A stretch of 64,000 bases of DNA, from contig OZ024740.1 in NCBI GenBank assembly GCA_964016885.1, positions 242,606,001 through 242,670,000 on the forward strand. Direction: 5' to 3'. Made by a program: the position numbers and the translations under genes. The notes under the pieces are model-generated. The model saw only the letters and a program-made list of their open reading frames with translations. It searched no databases and was not told where the DNA came from. Positions 12,996-24,990 of this stretch are shown piece by piece (positions within the stretch are counted from its first letter, which is position 1; each line of letters begins with the position of its first letter). The DNA comes from Eledone cirrhosa (lineage: Eukaryota).

Positions 12996-14714
12996 GTGTT
13001 AGGCTGTTTACCAATGGGTAGAACTGGTGGTTCAGGCTGGTAAACAATGATGCAATAAATTAGGTAAAGCACTCATCGTTATGTAAATCATCCATCATAG
13101 ATGTGGTATCCATGTCTGGTGCAGAAATGGAGTAAAATATTTATTAAAACAGACAGGAAAATTTACTTTATAATTTTAATTCTGCAAAAGCACTGTACAT
13201 ATTTCGATGGCTGAGCCCTATCATCTGATTATGATGCAAGACTAGACGTTTTCATCAGGTGTTATTTGCGGAATTATGTAACAGGATTATATTGAACACA
13301 ATTTAGAAAAATAGAAAATAGAGGGCTGATTCAATTTAAGGACAGCCTGCCAATTGGTGTCATAGCCATGGCAGACAGCCTGAATGAGTATATATGTATA
13401 TATATATTTATATATATATATACACACACACACAACATTATACACATCAGTCCACAGATGACATCACTTCTGGCAGCTAAAAATAGATCACCATCTACAA
13501 ACAAAGGAAGATAAAAATGGCATAACGGTAATGACAACACTAGCACAAACTCCAACCCAGTTTCTTATTATAGTCTTCTGATGAAGGGTTTTAGACCCCA
13601 AATATTAGTACAGGTAAATAAAATGACAGGTGACACACCAACATCTTCGTTGCATTCAGTTTATTCCAAAATCTGTTGTCCATTTTGCATTGTCATAGCC
13701 TTCGGATAACACACGGCTATATATATATATATATCTATATATATCTAATATACATACATATATATTCATCATCATCATCATCATCAAATATTATATACAT
13801 ATGTATGCATGTGTGTGTGTATGAGTGTGTTTGTATGTGTGTGAGTGTGTGAGTAATGCAAAGAAAATATTTTCTTTGCCAACCTACTTGAAGTTGAAGG
13901 GGCTGTTTTTGAAAACACACAATAAAAAAACTAAAAAAAACACTGCCCCACCCCACCCGTGCCTGCCCTGTAAAAAAAGGGCTGCAGTAAGGGAGATGAG
14001 ATGTCTGGGTGAAGAAGAAGAAAAATATAAACTGTGCCTATAATTTTGTGCCTGGAGATCTGTACCCTAGAAAGTAGCAGTTGTAAGTCATCGAGATATG
14101 TTGCTTATTTCAATAGGAATTTCTTAGGGTTTTTTTCTTAGAAATGATCATGATTTCTAATGTTAATATGTCTGTTAACAGAAGATAGTGGGGGTGGGGA
14201 ACTGGAGCAGGGATAGTTAGAAGGATGAAGAGGGAGATTATGTCTGATAAAGAGAACAAAGTATTTTATGTTGAAGAAGAAGAAGTATGCACAACTGTGA
14301 GTATATATTTGTGTGTGTATGTTTGTATTAGTGTGTGTGTGTAATTGTCTGTGTGTGATGGTGTGTATGTGTGTGTGTGTCTGTGTCTGTCTGTGTGCCT
14401 GTGTGCATGTCTGTGTGCACAGGAGTGTGTATGTAAAACATAAAATAAGGGGAAAGTAAGGTAAATGTGGTCTTCTGCTACAGATCTTTCAACCACCATT
14501 ACCGCCGCCACCACCACCAGCTCAGCCACAATTCCCAACTAGTGTAGTGTATTAAGTAATCAAGATGTTTTGACATAGTTAAAGTAGTTACGTTATGAAC
14601 ATTATGGTAGTAGTGATGGTGGTTGATAAAAATGTTTCTTCTTCCCAGTGGATGTAACAAAAAGCAAGGAACACATGGTTCAAATATGTTTGACTACTAC
14701 ACCATAGCAATGCA

Positions 14715-14715
<1 letters not shown>

Positions 14716-14768
<53 letters not shown>
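14716..14768. repeat. (AAAT)n microsatellite
   Basis: Directly visible. Confidence 0.95.
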
Positions 14769-14770
<2 letters not shown>

Positions 14771-15320
14771 ATTACAGAAAGTAAACAGACGTAGCTCTTG
14801 GTAACTATAGAAATTATTGTTTGATTAAGGAGTTTGCTTCACAACCATGTATTTCTAAGTTCCATCTCACTACCTGGTACCTTAGGCAAGTGTCTTCCAC
14901 AATAATCTCAGGTTGACCAAAGTCGTGTCAGTGAAATTTAGTTGTACTTGTTGTTCTTTTTCCTCAGGACAGTTCTGATTGAGTAAACTATTGAACAATA
15001 ATATTCCAGCCATAACTATCCTCTCTTTGTATATCTTTGTATAACTTTGTATATATTGGCCAGCATCTCATTTTTAGTTAGATAGTATGGAATGGATGAG
15101 AAGATTTGACTGCTATTTCTAACAAAGAGAGATTCTCTTTTTAGTTCAAGAGAAATTTGGTAGGTGGAAACTATTCAGAAACATATTATATATATCATAT
15201 GTGAGGGTAGATAAGGTTTTGTTTATGTATATCAAGAACGAATACTTAAACAAGATAACTCCTTACCAGAGAATTTGACTTGACAGTATCATAAATATCC
15301 AAGCATGGGAATATGATATA

Positions 15321-15697
15321 TACTGTATTTCCCAGTGTCAAAGACGCTACCTTTTTCCTAGAATAAGTCTCAAAAATCTACCATGCATCCTGAAGGCCGA
15401 AGGTTGTTTATTATTTTTTTTCAAATACGGCGGTGGATTGGCAGTATCGGTAGAGGGTCGGACGCCATGCTTTGACGCATAGAGTTACGGCCCTTGCCAT
15501 TCTGAGTTCAAATCCCGCCGAGGTTAACTTTGCCTTTCATCCTTACGGGGTCGATAAAATAAAGTACCAGTAATACACTAGGTAATTGCTGGCCTTGTGC
15601 CAAAAGTAGAAACAATTATTTTTTTTCAAATTTTTGGTTGTCAAAATTAAGGTGTGTCCTCGAGGACGAAGCGTCTTCGGCATCAGGAAATATGGTA
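15321..15697 (+). mobile_element. Tc1/mariner-pogo type MITE with nested SINE
   Basis: TIRs tactgtatttcccagtgtcaaagacgc / gcgtcttcggcatcaggaaatatggta, TA ends. Confidence 0.8.
15429..15620 (+). mobile_element. Full-length tRNA-derived SINE (family A, Nin/Deu-like central domain)
   Basis: A box tggcagtatcgg, B box gagttcaaatcc, 17-bp TSD attattttttttcaaat (15410-15426 / 15615-15631). Confidence 0.85.
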
Positions 15698-16017
15698 GGT
15701 CCAGAAGAGATCAGGAAGTATATAATAAAAGCAAGTATACCACCAAGAAAAATATAGAGTTCGGGGAGAAAGGAGATTCTCCTTTTTCGCTGAAGTCTAT
15801 ATTTTTCTTGGTGCTATACTTGCTTAAATTATATATATCATAGTAAGGTTTATATGAAAGTTTGTAAGATGTGAGGTAAAGGTTATTTTAGGAAAGCTGG
15901 TACATTGCAAATTGGAAATACAAGAACAAAACCTAGAATAGAGCAAAGTAAGAAAAATAAAACAAAACAACAATTTTAAACTTTTACTTTATATTTCAAA
16001 TACATTTTTAGTTTAGA

Positions 16018-18570
16018 AACCTTTTGTCAAAATATTATAAAGATATTTTACTCAACGCCTACGAGAGTAAAGAAGAACAGATACAGACATTTAACGTAGA
16101 AGAGAACTGGGAGTTCCTAAAAAATAATTTACTAGAGGCGACGGATGAGGTCTGTGGCTGGAGTAAGACCTCAAGCAGGAGGAGAGTGACTTGGTGGTGG
16201 AACAATAAGGTAGATGAAGCAGTTAAGGCCAAGAGACAGGCATGGAAAGAATGGAAGAACGGGGGGAGCAGGGTACATTACATAGAGACCAAGAGGGAAG
16301 CTAAGCGACAAGTATACTTAGCTAGGAGGGAAGCAGAGGATAGAAAATTCAAGCATGTTTTACAACGTGAGGACCAGAAACAGGAGGTATTCAAGATTGC
16401 GAGGCAGTGTGTCAGAGATAGTTGCGATGTCATTGGAGAGAAGTGTATCCGGAATGATAAAGGTGAGCTTGCCCTCACAAGTGCTGAGAAGAAAGATGCA
16501 TGGAAGAGTCATTATGATAGATTACTAAATGAGGAGAATGCATGGGAAGAAGAGACCCTACCCCAAGTAGACCCTATAGAGGGACCAGCAGTACAAGTCA
16601 GCAGCAGTGTAGTAAGTAAGGCAATCAAAGATATGAAGATGGGGAAGGCAACCGGTCCATCGGGTATAGCTGCCGAGATGCTGAAGGCATCTGGGTCTGT
16701 AGGTCACACTATAACCACACGTATCGTTAACCAGGTAATACTAGAAGGGGCCATACCAAAAGATTGGTGCAGTAGCATCATTGTCAACTGCTACAAAGGT
16801 AAAGGTGATGCACTAGATAGAGGAAACTATAGAGGTATAAAGTTGATGGACCAGGTCATGAAAGTAACAGAAAGAGTTATAGCACAGCTGATTAGGGACC
16901 GGGTGAATATAGACGAGATGCAATTTGGGTTTGTACCAGGAAGATGCACCACTGATGCCCCCTTCCTTGTGAGGCAATTACAGGAAAAGTACCTAGCTAA
17001 AAGTAAGTCACACTACTTGGCATTTGTCGACCTTGAGAAAGCCTTTGACAGAGTTCCACGTGCTGTAATCTGGTGGGCTCTTAGAAAACTAGGAGTAGAT
17101 GAATGGCTTGTGAAAGCGGTACACGCCATGTATAGGGGAGCAGTCAGCAAAGTTAGGATTAGCAATGAGTATAGCGAGGAATTTAGCGTACAGGTTGGGG
17201 TCCACCAGGGCTCTGTTCTTAGCCCTCTCCTGTTCATCATAGTCCTGCAGGCAATAACGGAGGAGTTTAAGACCGGATGCCCATGGGAACTTCTGTATGC
17301 TGATGACCTCGCACTCATAGCTGAATCTATGGTAGAACTAGAGAATAAATTCCAAACCTGGAAGCAGGGACTAGAGAGAAAGGGTCTCAAAGTCAACATG
17401 ACAAAGACCAAGGTCCTTGTAAGTAGACGAGAAAACAGAACCCAGATCCCCTCAGGGAAATGGCCTTGCTCAGTATGTAGGAAAGGTGTAGGTAGGAACT
17501 CCATTCTCTGCCCCAAATGCAAACAATGGGTACACAAGAGATGTAGCGGGATCTCAGGAAGCTTAATTAAGAATATAGGATTCACATGCAGCAGCTGTGC
17601 TGAAACAGCAAGCAGCAAACAGCCACAGGAAACAAGTACCACCAATCTCTGGGAGGGCCCTGTAGAAACAGTAGACAGCTTCTGCTACCTAGGTGACCGA
17701 ATTAGCAACGGAGGTGGGTGTTCAGAAAGTACAATAACTAGGGTAAGAACGGGATGGAAGAAGTTTAGGGAACTACTACCACTGCTAGCTGCAAAAGGCT
17801 TCTCCCTCAGAATGAAAGGCAGACTGTATGATGCGTGTATCCGAACAGCGATGTTGCATGGTAGTGAGACCTGGGCGCTGAAGGTGGAAGACTTACGTAG
17901 ATTAGAGAGAAACGAAGCCTGCATGCTCCGATGGATGTGTAACAGTAATATACGTGAACGACAAAGCATAAATGAATTGAGAGAGAGACTGAGCATAAGA
18001 GGAATCAAATGCTGTGTGCAGGAGAGGTGGTTGCGGTGGTATGGACATGTGATGCGTATGAAGGATGACAGCTGCATAAAAAGGTGCAGAGCACTAGAAG
18101 TTGATGGAAACCGCGGAGTGGGGAGACCCATGATGACCTGGGATGAGGTGATAAAAGCCGACCTTACCCAATTACACCTCTCAAAGACAATGACACACGA
18201 CCGTGACCTCTGGCGTCACGCAGTAATACAGAGTACCCGACCTCCCATGGGTACATGCTGAAGCATATAAACAATATGCCACCACACCCCCCACCGCAAG
18301 GTGGTCGTGGAGGTACCACAGCAAAAAAGCACCCAGCCCACACTGTAAAGTGGACGTGTAGGCGCCACGAAAAAGTACCCAGCACTCACTGTAAATGAGG
18401 TTGGTGTTAGGAAGGGCATCCAGCTGTAGAAATCAAGCCAGATCAGTTCCTGTATGAGCAAGGCATGGTCAGCCGACCAGACACTGCACACAACAGGACA
18501 ACCCGTCTAACCCATGCTAGCATGGAAGAACGGACGTAAAACGGTGATGATGATGATGATGATGATGATT
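16018..18570 (+). mobile_element. Young 5'-truncated RTE LINE with 3' UTR and (GAT)n tail
   Basis: Uninterrupted ORF followed by the family 3' UTR and gatgatgat tail. Confidence 0.9.
16024..18261 (+). CDS. RTE-clade LINE ORF (5'-truncated): reverse transcriptase + C4HC3 PHD-like finger + C-terminal domain
   Basis: NYRGIKL, QFGFVPG, AFVDLEKAFDRV, GVHQGSVLSPLLF, LLYADDL; CSVC..CPKC.WVHKRC..CSSC; MLHGSETW, RWYGHV; no endonuclease domain. Confidence 0.93.
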   Translation: MSKYYKDILLNAYESKEEQIQTFNVEENWEFLKNNLLEATDEVCGWSKTSSRRRVTWWWNNKVDEAVKAKRQAWKEWKNGGSRVHYIETKREAKRQVYLARREAEDRKFKHVLQREDQKQEVFKIARQCVRDSCDVIGEKCIRNDKGELALTSAEKKDAWKSHYDRLLNEENAWEEETLPQVDPIEGPAVQVSSSVVSKAIKDMKMGKATGPSGIAAEMLKASGSVGHTITTRIVNQVILEGAIPKDWCSSIIVNCYKGKGDALDRGNYRGIKLMDQVMKVTERVIAQLIRDRVNIDEMQFGFVPGRCTTDAPFLVRQLQEKYLAKSKSHYLAFVDLEKAFDRVPRAVIWWALRKLGVDEWLVKAVHAMYRGAVSKVRISNEYSEEFSVQVGVHQGSVLSPLLFIIVLQAITEEFKTGCPWELLYADDLALIAESMVELENKFQTWKQGLERKGLKVNMTKTKVLVSRRENRTQIPSGKWPCSVCRKGVGRNSILCPKCKQWVHKRCSGISGSLIKNIGFTCSSCAETASSKQPQETSTTNLWEGPVETVDSFCYLGDRISNGGGCSESTITRVRTGWKKFRELLPLLAAKGFSLRMKGRLYDACIRTAMLHGSETWALKVEDLRRLERNEACMLRWMCNSNIRERQSINELRERLSIRGIKCCVQERWLRWYGHVMRMKDDSCIKRCRALEVDGNRGVGRPMMTWDEVIKADLTQLHLSKTMTHDRDLWRHAVIQSTRPPMGTC

Positions 18571-18672
18571 ATAAGTAATTCTCATCAACAGAATTAAACC
18601 AATTATAAATAACCAGATTGAATTACATGGAGCCAATTTGCAATTGTGAATATACCTGTCAGCACGTGTCAC

Positions 18673-18739
18673 CTATCCTCTGAACCATTTTCCTTACAGC
18701 AGAGGTCAGCAATACACAGCACCACACACCAATTCTTTT
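18673..18739 (-). CDS. Speculative upstream exon: KNWCVVLCIADLCCKENGSED
   Basis: tttacatttag acceptor and AG|GTGACA donor; phase-compatible with the 6564-6676 exon (AG|C = Ser); donor is weak. Confidence 0.25.
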
Positions 18740-18859
18740 CTAAATGTAAATGAAATATGAGGTAAAAGTTTAAAACTATGGTTTTGTTTTTTGTTTTTCT
18801 TACATTACTCTAGTTTTCACATAAAGTGGTCATGTAGAAGACATGGTAAAAAGGCTCCC

Positions 18860-19030
18860 AATCCACACTGTAAATGTAGTTGGCGTTAGGAAGGGTATCG
18901 AGCCATAGAAAACCTGACAGAAACAGTTCTATATGAGCGAGACACAGTCACCCGACCAATCTTGCTTCAAGTGGGATAAACCCATCCAACCTATGCTAGT
19001 GTGGAAGATGGACGTTAAACAATGATGATA
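18860..19030 (+). mobile_element. RTE 3' tail fragment
   Basis: ccacactgtaaatgtagttggcgttaggaaggg...gatggacgttaaacaatgatgat. Confidence 0.8.
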
Positions 19031-19032
19031 AT

Positions 19033-19223
19033 ATATATAAGTTTATCCAGGGTTAAAATAGGGGTAACCACAGTAAGTAAGGTACTCAATACATAGCAGA
19101 GTATAAATATTCAATATAGAAATGGCTTCTACAGGACTAGAACTGGTTCATTCCGGAGAAATCATCAGGGCTTCCTGATGATTTCTCCCGAATGAAACAG
19201 TTCTAGTCCTGTAGAAGTCATTT
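19033..19223. mobile_element. Short hammerhead-bearing element with foldback, flanked by TA-rich sequence
   Basis: About 50-bp inverted repeat spanning 19120-19223 around a short spacer; (TA)n immediately after. Confidence 0.6.
19169..19219 (+). ncRNA. Type I hammerhead ribozyme candidate
   Basis: GGCUUC-CUGAUGA-UUUC(UCCC)GAAU-GAAA-CAG(UUCUAGUC)CUG-UA-GAAGUC: stem I 6 bp, stem III 4 bp, GUA cleavage triplet; stem II weak with a U.U closing pair. Confidence 0.7.
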
Positions 19224-19242
19224 ATATATATATATATATATA

Positions 19243-19579
19243 TCATCATCATCATCATTTTACGTCCGCTTTTCCTTGCTTGCAAGGGTGGGACGGGAAC
19301 TGATTCTGGCTTGATTTCTACAGCTGGATGCCCTTCCTAACACCAACCTCATTTACAGTGAGTGCTGGGTGCTTTTTTGCCGTGGCACCTCCACGACCAC
19401 TTTGCAGTGGAATGATATGGACCCCAGTCCCTATCATCTCATTTCTACAGCTGAGTAAACTGGAGCAATGTGAAATAAAGTGTCTTGCTCAAGGAAACAA
19501 CACATCACCAGGTCCGAGAATTGAACTCACAACCTTTCGATTGCAAGGCCAATGCTCTAACCACTAAGCCATGTGCCTC

Positions 19580-19580
<1 letters not shown>
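19243..19580 (-). mobile_element. tRNA-derived SINE (family B) with RTE-derived tail
   Basis: Reverse complement of the 33238-33580 element. Confidence 0.85.
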
Positions 19581-19615
<35 letters not shown>

Positions 19616-19636
19616 ATATATATATATATATATATA

Positions 19637-19797
19637 TGTGGTTGGTGTTAGGAAGGGCATCCAACTGTAGAAAACCTGCCAGACAGTCCTATGCGAGCAA
19701 GACAATCACTCTTGCCTCAAGTGGGACTACCCCCGTCCAAACCCATGCAAGCGTGGAACACGGACGTTAAACGTTGATGATGATGATGATGATGATA
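19637..19797 (+). mobile_element. RTE 3' tail fragment
   Basis: gtggttggtgttaggaagggcatcc...ggacgttaaacgttgatgatg. Confidence 0.8.
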
Positions 19798-20216
19798 TGT
19801 GTGTGTGTATGTGTGTGTGTGTGTGTGTGTGTAGTGTGTATTGAGTGTTGAGTTGACAGTATCTTGGTATGGTTAAATGTAGACAGGTGCAATATGTCTT
19901 AGGAAGACTTCCTATTAGACTTCTCTCTGTAATAATTTTGCACACACATATTGAACAAGTTATAAAAGGAGAGTGGATGTTCAGACTAGTGAGAAAGATA
20001 TTAATCTTCCTCTTAATTTCAGGTTGTTCAGAACCATGCCATAACAATTTCTTCTTGCCAATGATTCCTTGTGCTAAATATATTAATTCAAACAGTAAGA
20101 ATGATGTGTGATTAATAATAATTCTACTCTAACACAGTATTTAATTTGGTTTCTTGTGCATGCGCCTTCCATATAAACACGTATACATCATATTATTTTC
20201 TCTGTAATTAAAAATT

Positions 20217-20400
20217 GGGCGGTGGATTGGCAGTATTGGTAGAGGGTCGGACGCCATGCTTTGATGCATAGAGTTACGGCCCTTGTCATTCTGAGTTCAA
20301 ATCCCGCCGAGGTTAACTTTGCCTTTCATCCTTACGGGGTCGATAAAATAAAGTACCAGTAATACACTGGGTAATTGCTGGCCTAACGTAGAAACAATTA
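20217..20400 (+). mobile_element. SINE family A copy
   Basis: Near-identical to 15429-15620; 19-bp TSD attattttctctgtaatta (20192-20210 / 20397-20415). Confidence 0.88.
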
Positions 20401-20439
20401 TTTTCTCTGTAATTACACTCCTATCCATATCACAATGAG

Positions 20440-20800
20440 TTCATGGCTTCTTCTCCACCTCTCTCTTAAATCAAGTACAAATATCTATCAGTTATACTGA
20501 TGAAAGAGGAAATACTAATGGGAAACTGATTAAAATTCCTATCAATGGCGTCAATGTTCTTTTTGGTCGCAAATCATGGCTATAAATGCTTAATGTTTGA
20601 TATATAAAGATGTTGTTTATCCATCAAGAACCCAGTCATGCACTTGCACAATGCTTGATGAAACCAGCAAGAGATTTACAAAGCCTGCAGCAGGCATCAC
20701 AGGTGTAAGTTGATGATACAAATGCAGATAATAAATTATTGGTAGGAACAAAATGGTTTCCAAAACTCCTGTCAGCCAGTCTTCGAAAATAGTATCATTT
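20440..20800 (+). pseudogene. Decayed Gypsy-type protease/RT-start relic
   Basis: ISYTDERGNTNGKLIKIPINGVNVLFGRKSWL resembles a retropepsin C-terminus (LLGRDWL), followed by HALAQ..DLQSLQQAGI traces. Confidence 0.3.
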
Positions 20801-23800
20801 CTTCTGTCAAGAAGTGAAACCATTCTTTGATAAATTAATGACATATGGTCCATGTTACGTGGAATATCTATTGTGCTACAGGACGAATGATCTTTTCAAA
20901 TTTATTACATCCTTTCTTTGCTTAACTCAGCATCTGGTCTTTTCCTTCACATTTTGGAGATTATCATTCATATGCTATGTGCGTGTACAGAGATTTTAAC
21001 CATTTCTTTTGAATCTTGGAGATTGACACACAGATTTGCACTCGCACATACACACATACATTCACATATATACACATACAGTATATACACATATACACAT
21101 ACCAGCATCATCGTTTACATCCATTTCCCTATGCTTGCATGATATATTAAATATTTATGCAGAACCCAGTGTACAGTAGAAAATCTAAAATAAATTTAAT
21201 ATAGATATAACTACTGTTTTTTTGTGTAAGTAATTTCTACTATTCTCTCTGTAAACAGAAAAATATATGAAATTATATTTATGCATTTCAAAGGTTACTG
21301 TCTTTTCAACAGAAGATAACTACTCCTATTATTCTGCCTACAGATGGATCTTCATGGCATTGCTATTTATCCAAGTAGAATGCATAACATCACTAAAATA
21401 GTCTGATTTGCATGACATACATTTGTTTGACAATTAAATAATGAATATTTATGCAGATCATAGTATATATTAGAAGATTTAAAGTAAATTTAAAGTAGAT
21501 ATAACTACAATTGTTTAATTAGAAGCCTTTCTACTACACTTTCCATAAAGAGAAAAGACAAGGTGGTAGGGTGGTAGAGCAATAAAGGAGAAAGAGGGAA
21601 TACAGTTCTGTACCATTAACTTCTTGAAGTCAGTTTCCACTGCTTTGTCCCTTGTCTTCTACAAGTTCCACCAACTTTCAGTTCTCATAACTTCTTTATA
21701 AACTGACATTCTTGATATGCATCATATTTCTGTGCCAGTGCAATTGTCTTTCTTGCCCACTATATCTGATTTTTCCTATATTCTTATATGTTGTGTTGTT
21801 CATGTACACTGGGATTACACATCCAGCAGAGTATCCATGTCTTATTTCTTTTCAGGCTTTAGCAAGGCCCATGGCTTGCTACCATGCAGGTCAAACACAA
21901 ACATATAGGCATTTGAGAATGTCTTTGAAGCTAAGCTAACAATTTTAAAGAATTGATAGCTTCTTTAACAGCTAGTATTAAGGAGCAGTTTTTGTGACAG
22001 CTAATTAGTCTACAACAAATACAGTTACATGCTTTGCACAAAGGTATAATTCAATAGCCATAGCAGTGAGATTTGAACTCATGATTCTATTTTCTGTAGA
22101 CCAATACGATAACCTCAACATTTTGTTCTAGATCAAAAAGTTATCATTTTAATAATACACACTCTACACTAGTTGTAATCACTGATGATCACTCCTGGTG
22201 ATTTTATATCTTCAACACAGCAAACACTGTATCACAAATACTAGCTTTCCTCTTCAGAATCAAAGATATTTCAGCTCCCAACATTTAGTTACTTTCTACA
22301 AAACTCAAGAGAGATATTCAATAAAATACTACTTCCACATCTGGTATGATACTCCTACTACATACACATACATATCTGGCAGTGTTCACCAAAAGACTAT
22401 ACAAATTATTGGCATGAAGTTGCTCACCAACACACTCAAGCCTCTGTCCCACAAATAATTTGTCTCTACACTCTTCTTGTACCACCTCTGCTCCTCAGAT
22501 CTAACTGACCTTGTGCCATTTCCAATTCAATCCTACCCAACTCATCCCCTTCATCTCTTCAGACCTTGCACTAACCACTATGCATTTTCCCCAGAACATC
22601 AATCACCTGCAATTTTCTCCTTGTCTATGCTTTTTTTCTGTAGCTGTAAACTTATTCAAAGTGAGCATCAACTATATCAATCTTGTCAGTGTCAGAAGGC
22701 CTGCAAATATCATGGGCACAACCCTTTCCTCCAGACTAAACCATTAAAGATAAAGTGTATTCAGTAATAAAATATAGTTTCAGAAACCAGAAAAAGTTTC
22801 ATTTTACAAACAGCATTTTATTCAATTTATTACATTTAATATAAATTTCTAATTAGCCATTGAATTACAAACATATTAATAAAAGTTTTGCTGGCAATTT
22901 AAAAACTGAAATTTTGTAAATCTATGTTTCCAGATGATAAAACATGTTAGAAAATACAGAAATGTTTCACAACCACCAGAATAGCAATAATGTTTAAAGT
23001 TCACACAAGTCACTATCATAATTATTTTAATTATATTTCCATTTATATCTGAAAAAGATGAAGTGAAAATTTACTGAAACTAAATTAATTAGCTATTACA
23101 TGCCATAATTTATCCCAGTTGTTATGGAGAAAACAACAACTACAAAAATAACTATGATAATTACGATAAAATATGATAATAAAAATTCTGATGTAAGTAA
23201 TAATGACACACATCTACATTGCAAATGTCTGAAAGTATTTCCTGTCTCCTCATGATCTTCTTCAAGATTAAATCAGTTAAGTTTCTAAGAAATTGGGTTC
23301 CTACTCCCTTGAATATGTAGTTAATAATCTGAGGAATTTCTTAAATTCTTATCAAATTATTCTTGAATGATTAGTATAGGAAATAGTGTCATCCATCAAA
23401 TTTATCTGATATTTTACATTACAATAATAACATTGCATACATATGAGTATACCTCAGAACCAGTTTAGTTAAGTAGTACACTTTACGTTTCGCATTTTCT
23501 CTCTTTATACTTCAGTTGCTTCTCTTAATTGCTCCCTCTTCCTCTTTCCCCAATCTGACACCCTTTCCTTCTTGCTTAATTCTAAAACAGATTTTCTTTA
23601 AAGTATTCAAGCTAGAAAGATGTATTAAAACTATAAACTATATAAGAATTCCTGGTGGATGAAGGAATTCTTAGGACTGAATTTATTTTGTTTCAGACAT
23701 TTGAGAATCAAGCCATGGGAAATTGTAGCTATAATAAATTGGAATTGAATCAGATTCTTTTTCTTTTTTGCCTAAGCCTTTGCTGTACATGTTTTCATGT

Positions 23801-24589
23801 CTTAATTCTTCCTACTTTTAAAGTATATTGATGAACTTACACTTATGATGCACAGAATCAACTGACAGGGACAATCATTTTCAAATATAGGAGTTAGCAG
23901 AAATATAAACCACATATGCGGTCAAATGAACTGCCCTAGCAAGGAGTGGATGGTAGCAAATTAGAATGTTAACATTATTTAATTCTGTCTAATCTTAATG
24001 ACAGAACTGTGATAAGATATGCCCCTGACTAAATCCTTATGTAACATGAATGGTGTCAACAGGAATAGTGTCAACACGATGGAGGTCTTGGAATTATCTC
24101 TGTGTAGATTCCTGATTAAATATCTTGATAGAGATCAACAAGGTATTTGCAAAATAAACATACAAAATAAATACAGACTGAATAATTTGAGAAAACACTG
24201 AGATGTTGATATGTACTTTACACAGGATATTTATATAATTAAGACACAGAATGTTTATGTTAGGGAGTAAAATTAATTTTTCCTAGTTCACTAGAGTGAA
24301 ATAGAATGTTTTGCAATCAATAAAAATGATCAAAAAGAATTTTAAGGGAAAATATAGACTAAATGATGAGTGTTAATGGGCACAGATATGTCTGAATGAT
24401 TAAAAGGTTTTCTTTGCAACAACATGATTCTGGATTCAAATTCCGCTGCATGGCACCTTTGGCAAGTATCTTCTTCTGTACCTTAGGCTGTAAGTGGAAT
24501 TTAGTAGATAGAAATTGTATGGGAACTCCTCAAATATGTGTGTGTGTGTGTATTTCTATCACCCCACCCCCACCCCTTAACCACCACTA

Positions 24590-24990
24590 TCACCATCATT
24601 ATCATTGTCTAATGCCTGCTTTTTCCATGTTTGTGTAAGTTGGATGGGTCTTTGCTTGTTGTGGTCATTCACCATCTTCTCTTTATGTTTCAGCAATTTG
24701 AGATCAGCTCTTACAACCTCTGCCCAGGTATATTTTGGTCTTCCTCTACTGTAGCTTCCTTCCACCTTCCACTAGGATTTTTTAGCATTTCTTCACCCAC
24801 AAATCATCACCTATATTCATCACATGTCTACACCAGTGCAGTCTTTTTCCTGCACTCTACATATGATTCCTCTTGTACCAAGTTTTTCTCTCAGAGTCAT
24901 TCATCAATATTAAGATTGCACATCCATCAGAGCATGCTTGCTTCACTTCTCTCCAGCCTTCACATATCCTTTGCATTCATGCCTCACTTC
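24590..24990 (-). mobile_element. Old RTE 3' fragment
   Basis: ORF MEGSYSRGRPKYTWAEVVRADLK matches the RTE C-terminus. Confidence 0.75.

Noticed and set aside
19960-20075. Minus-strand frame KKLLWHGSEQPE resembling the PARP LLWHGS motif
   Set aside because: There are no downstream PARP motifs, and the only plausible donor creates a stop when joined to the next candidate exon; probably chance.
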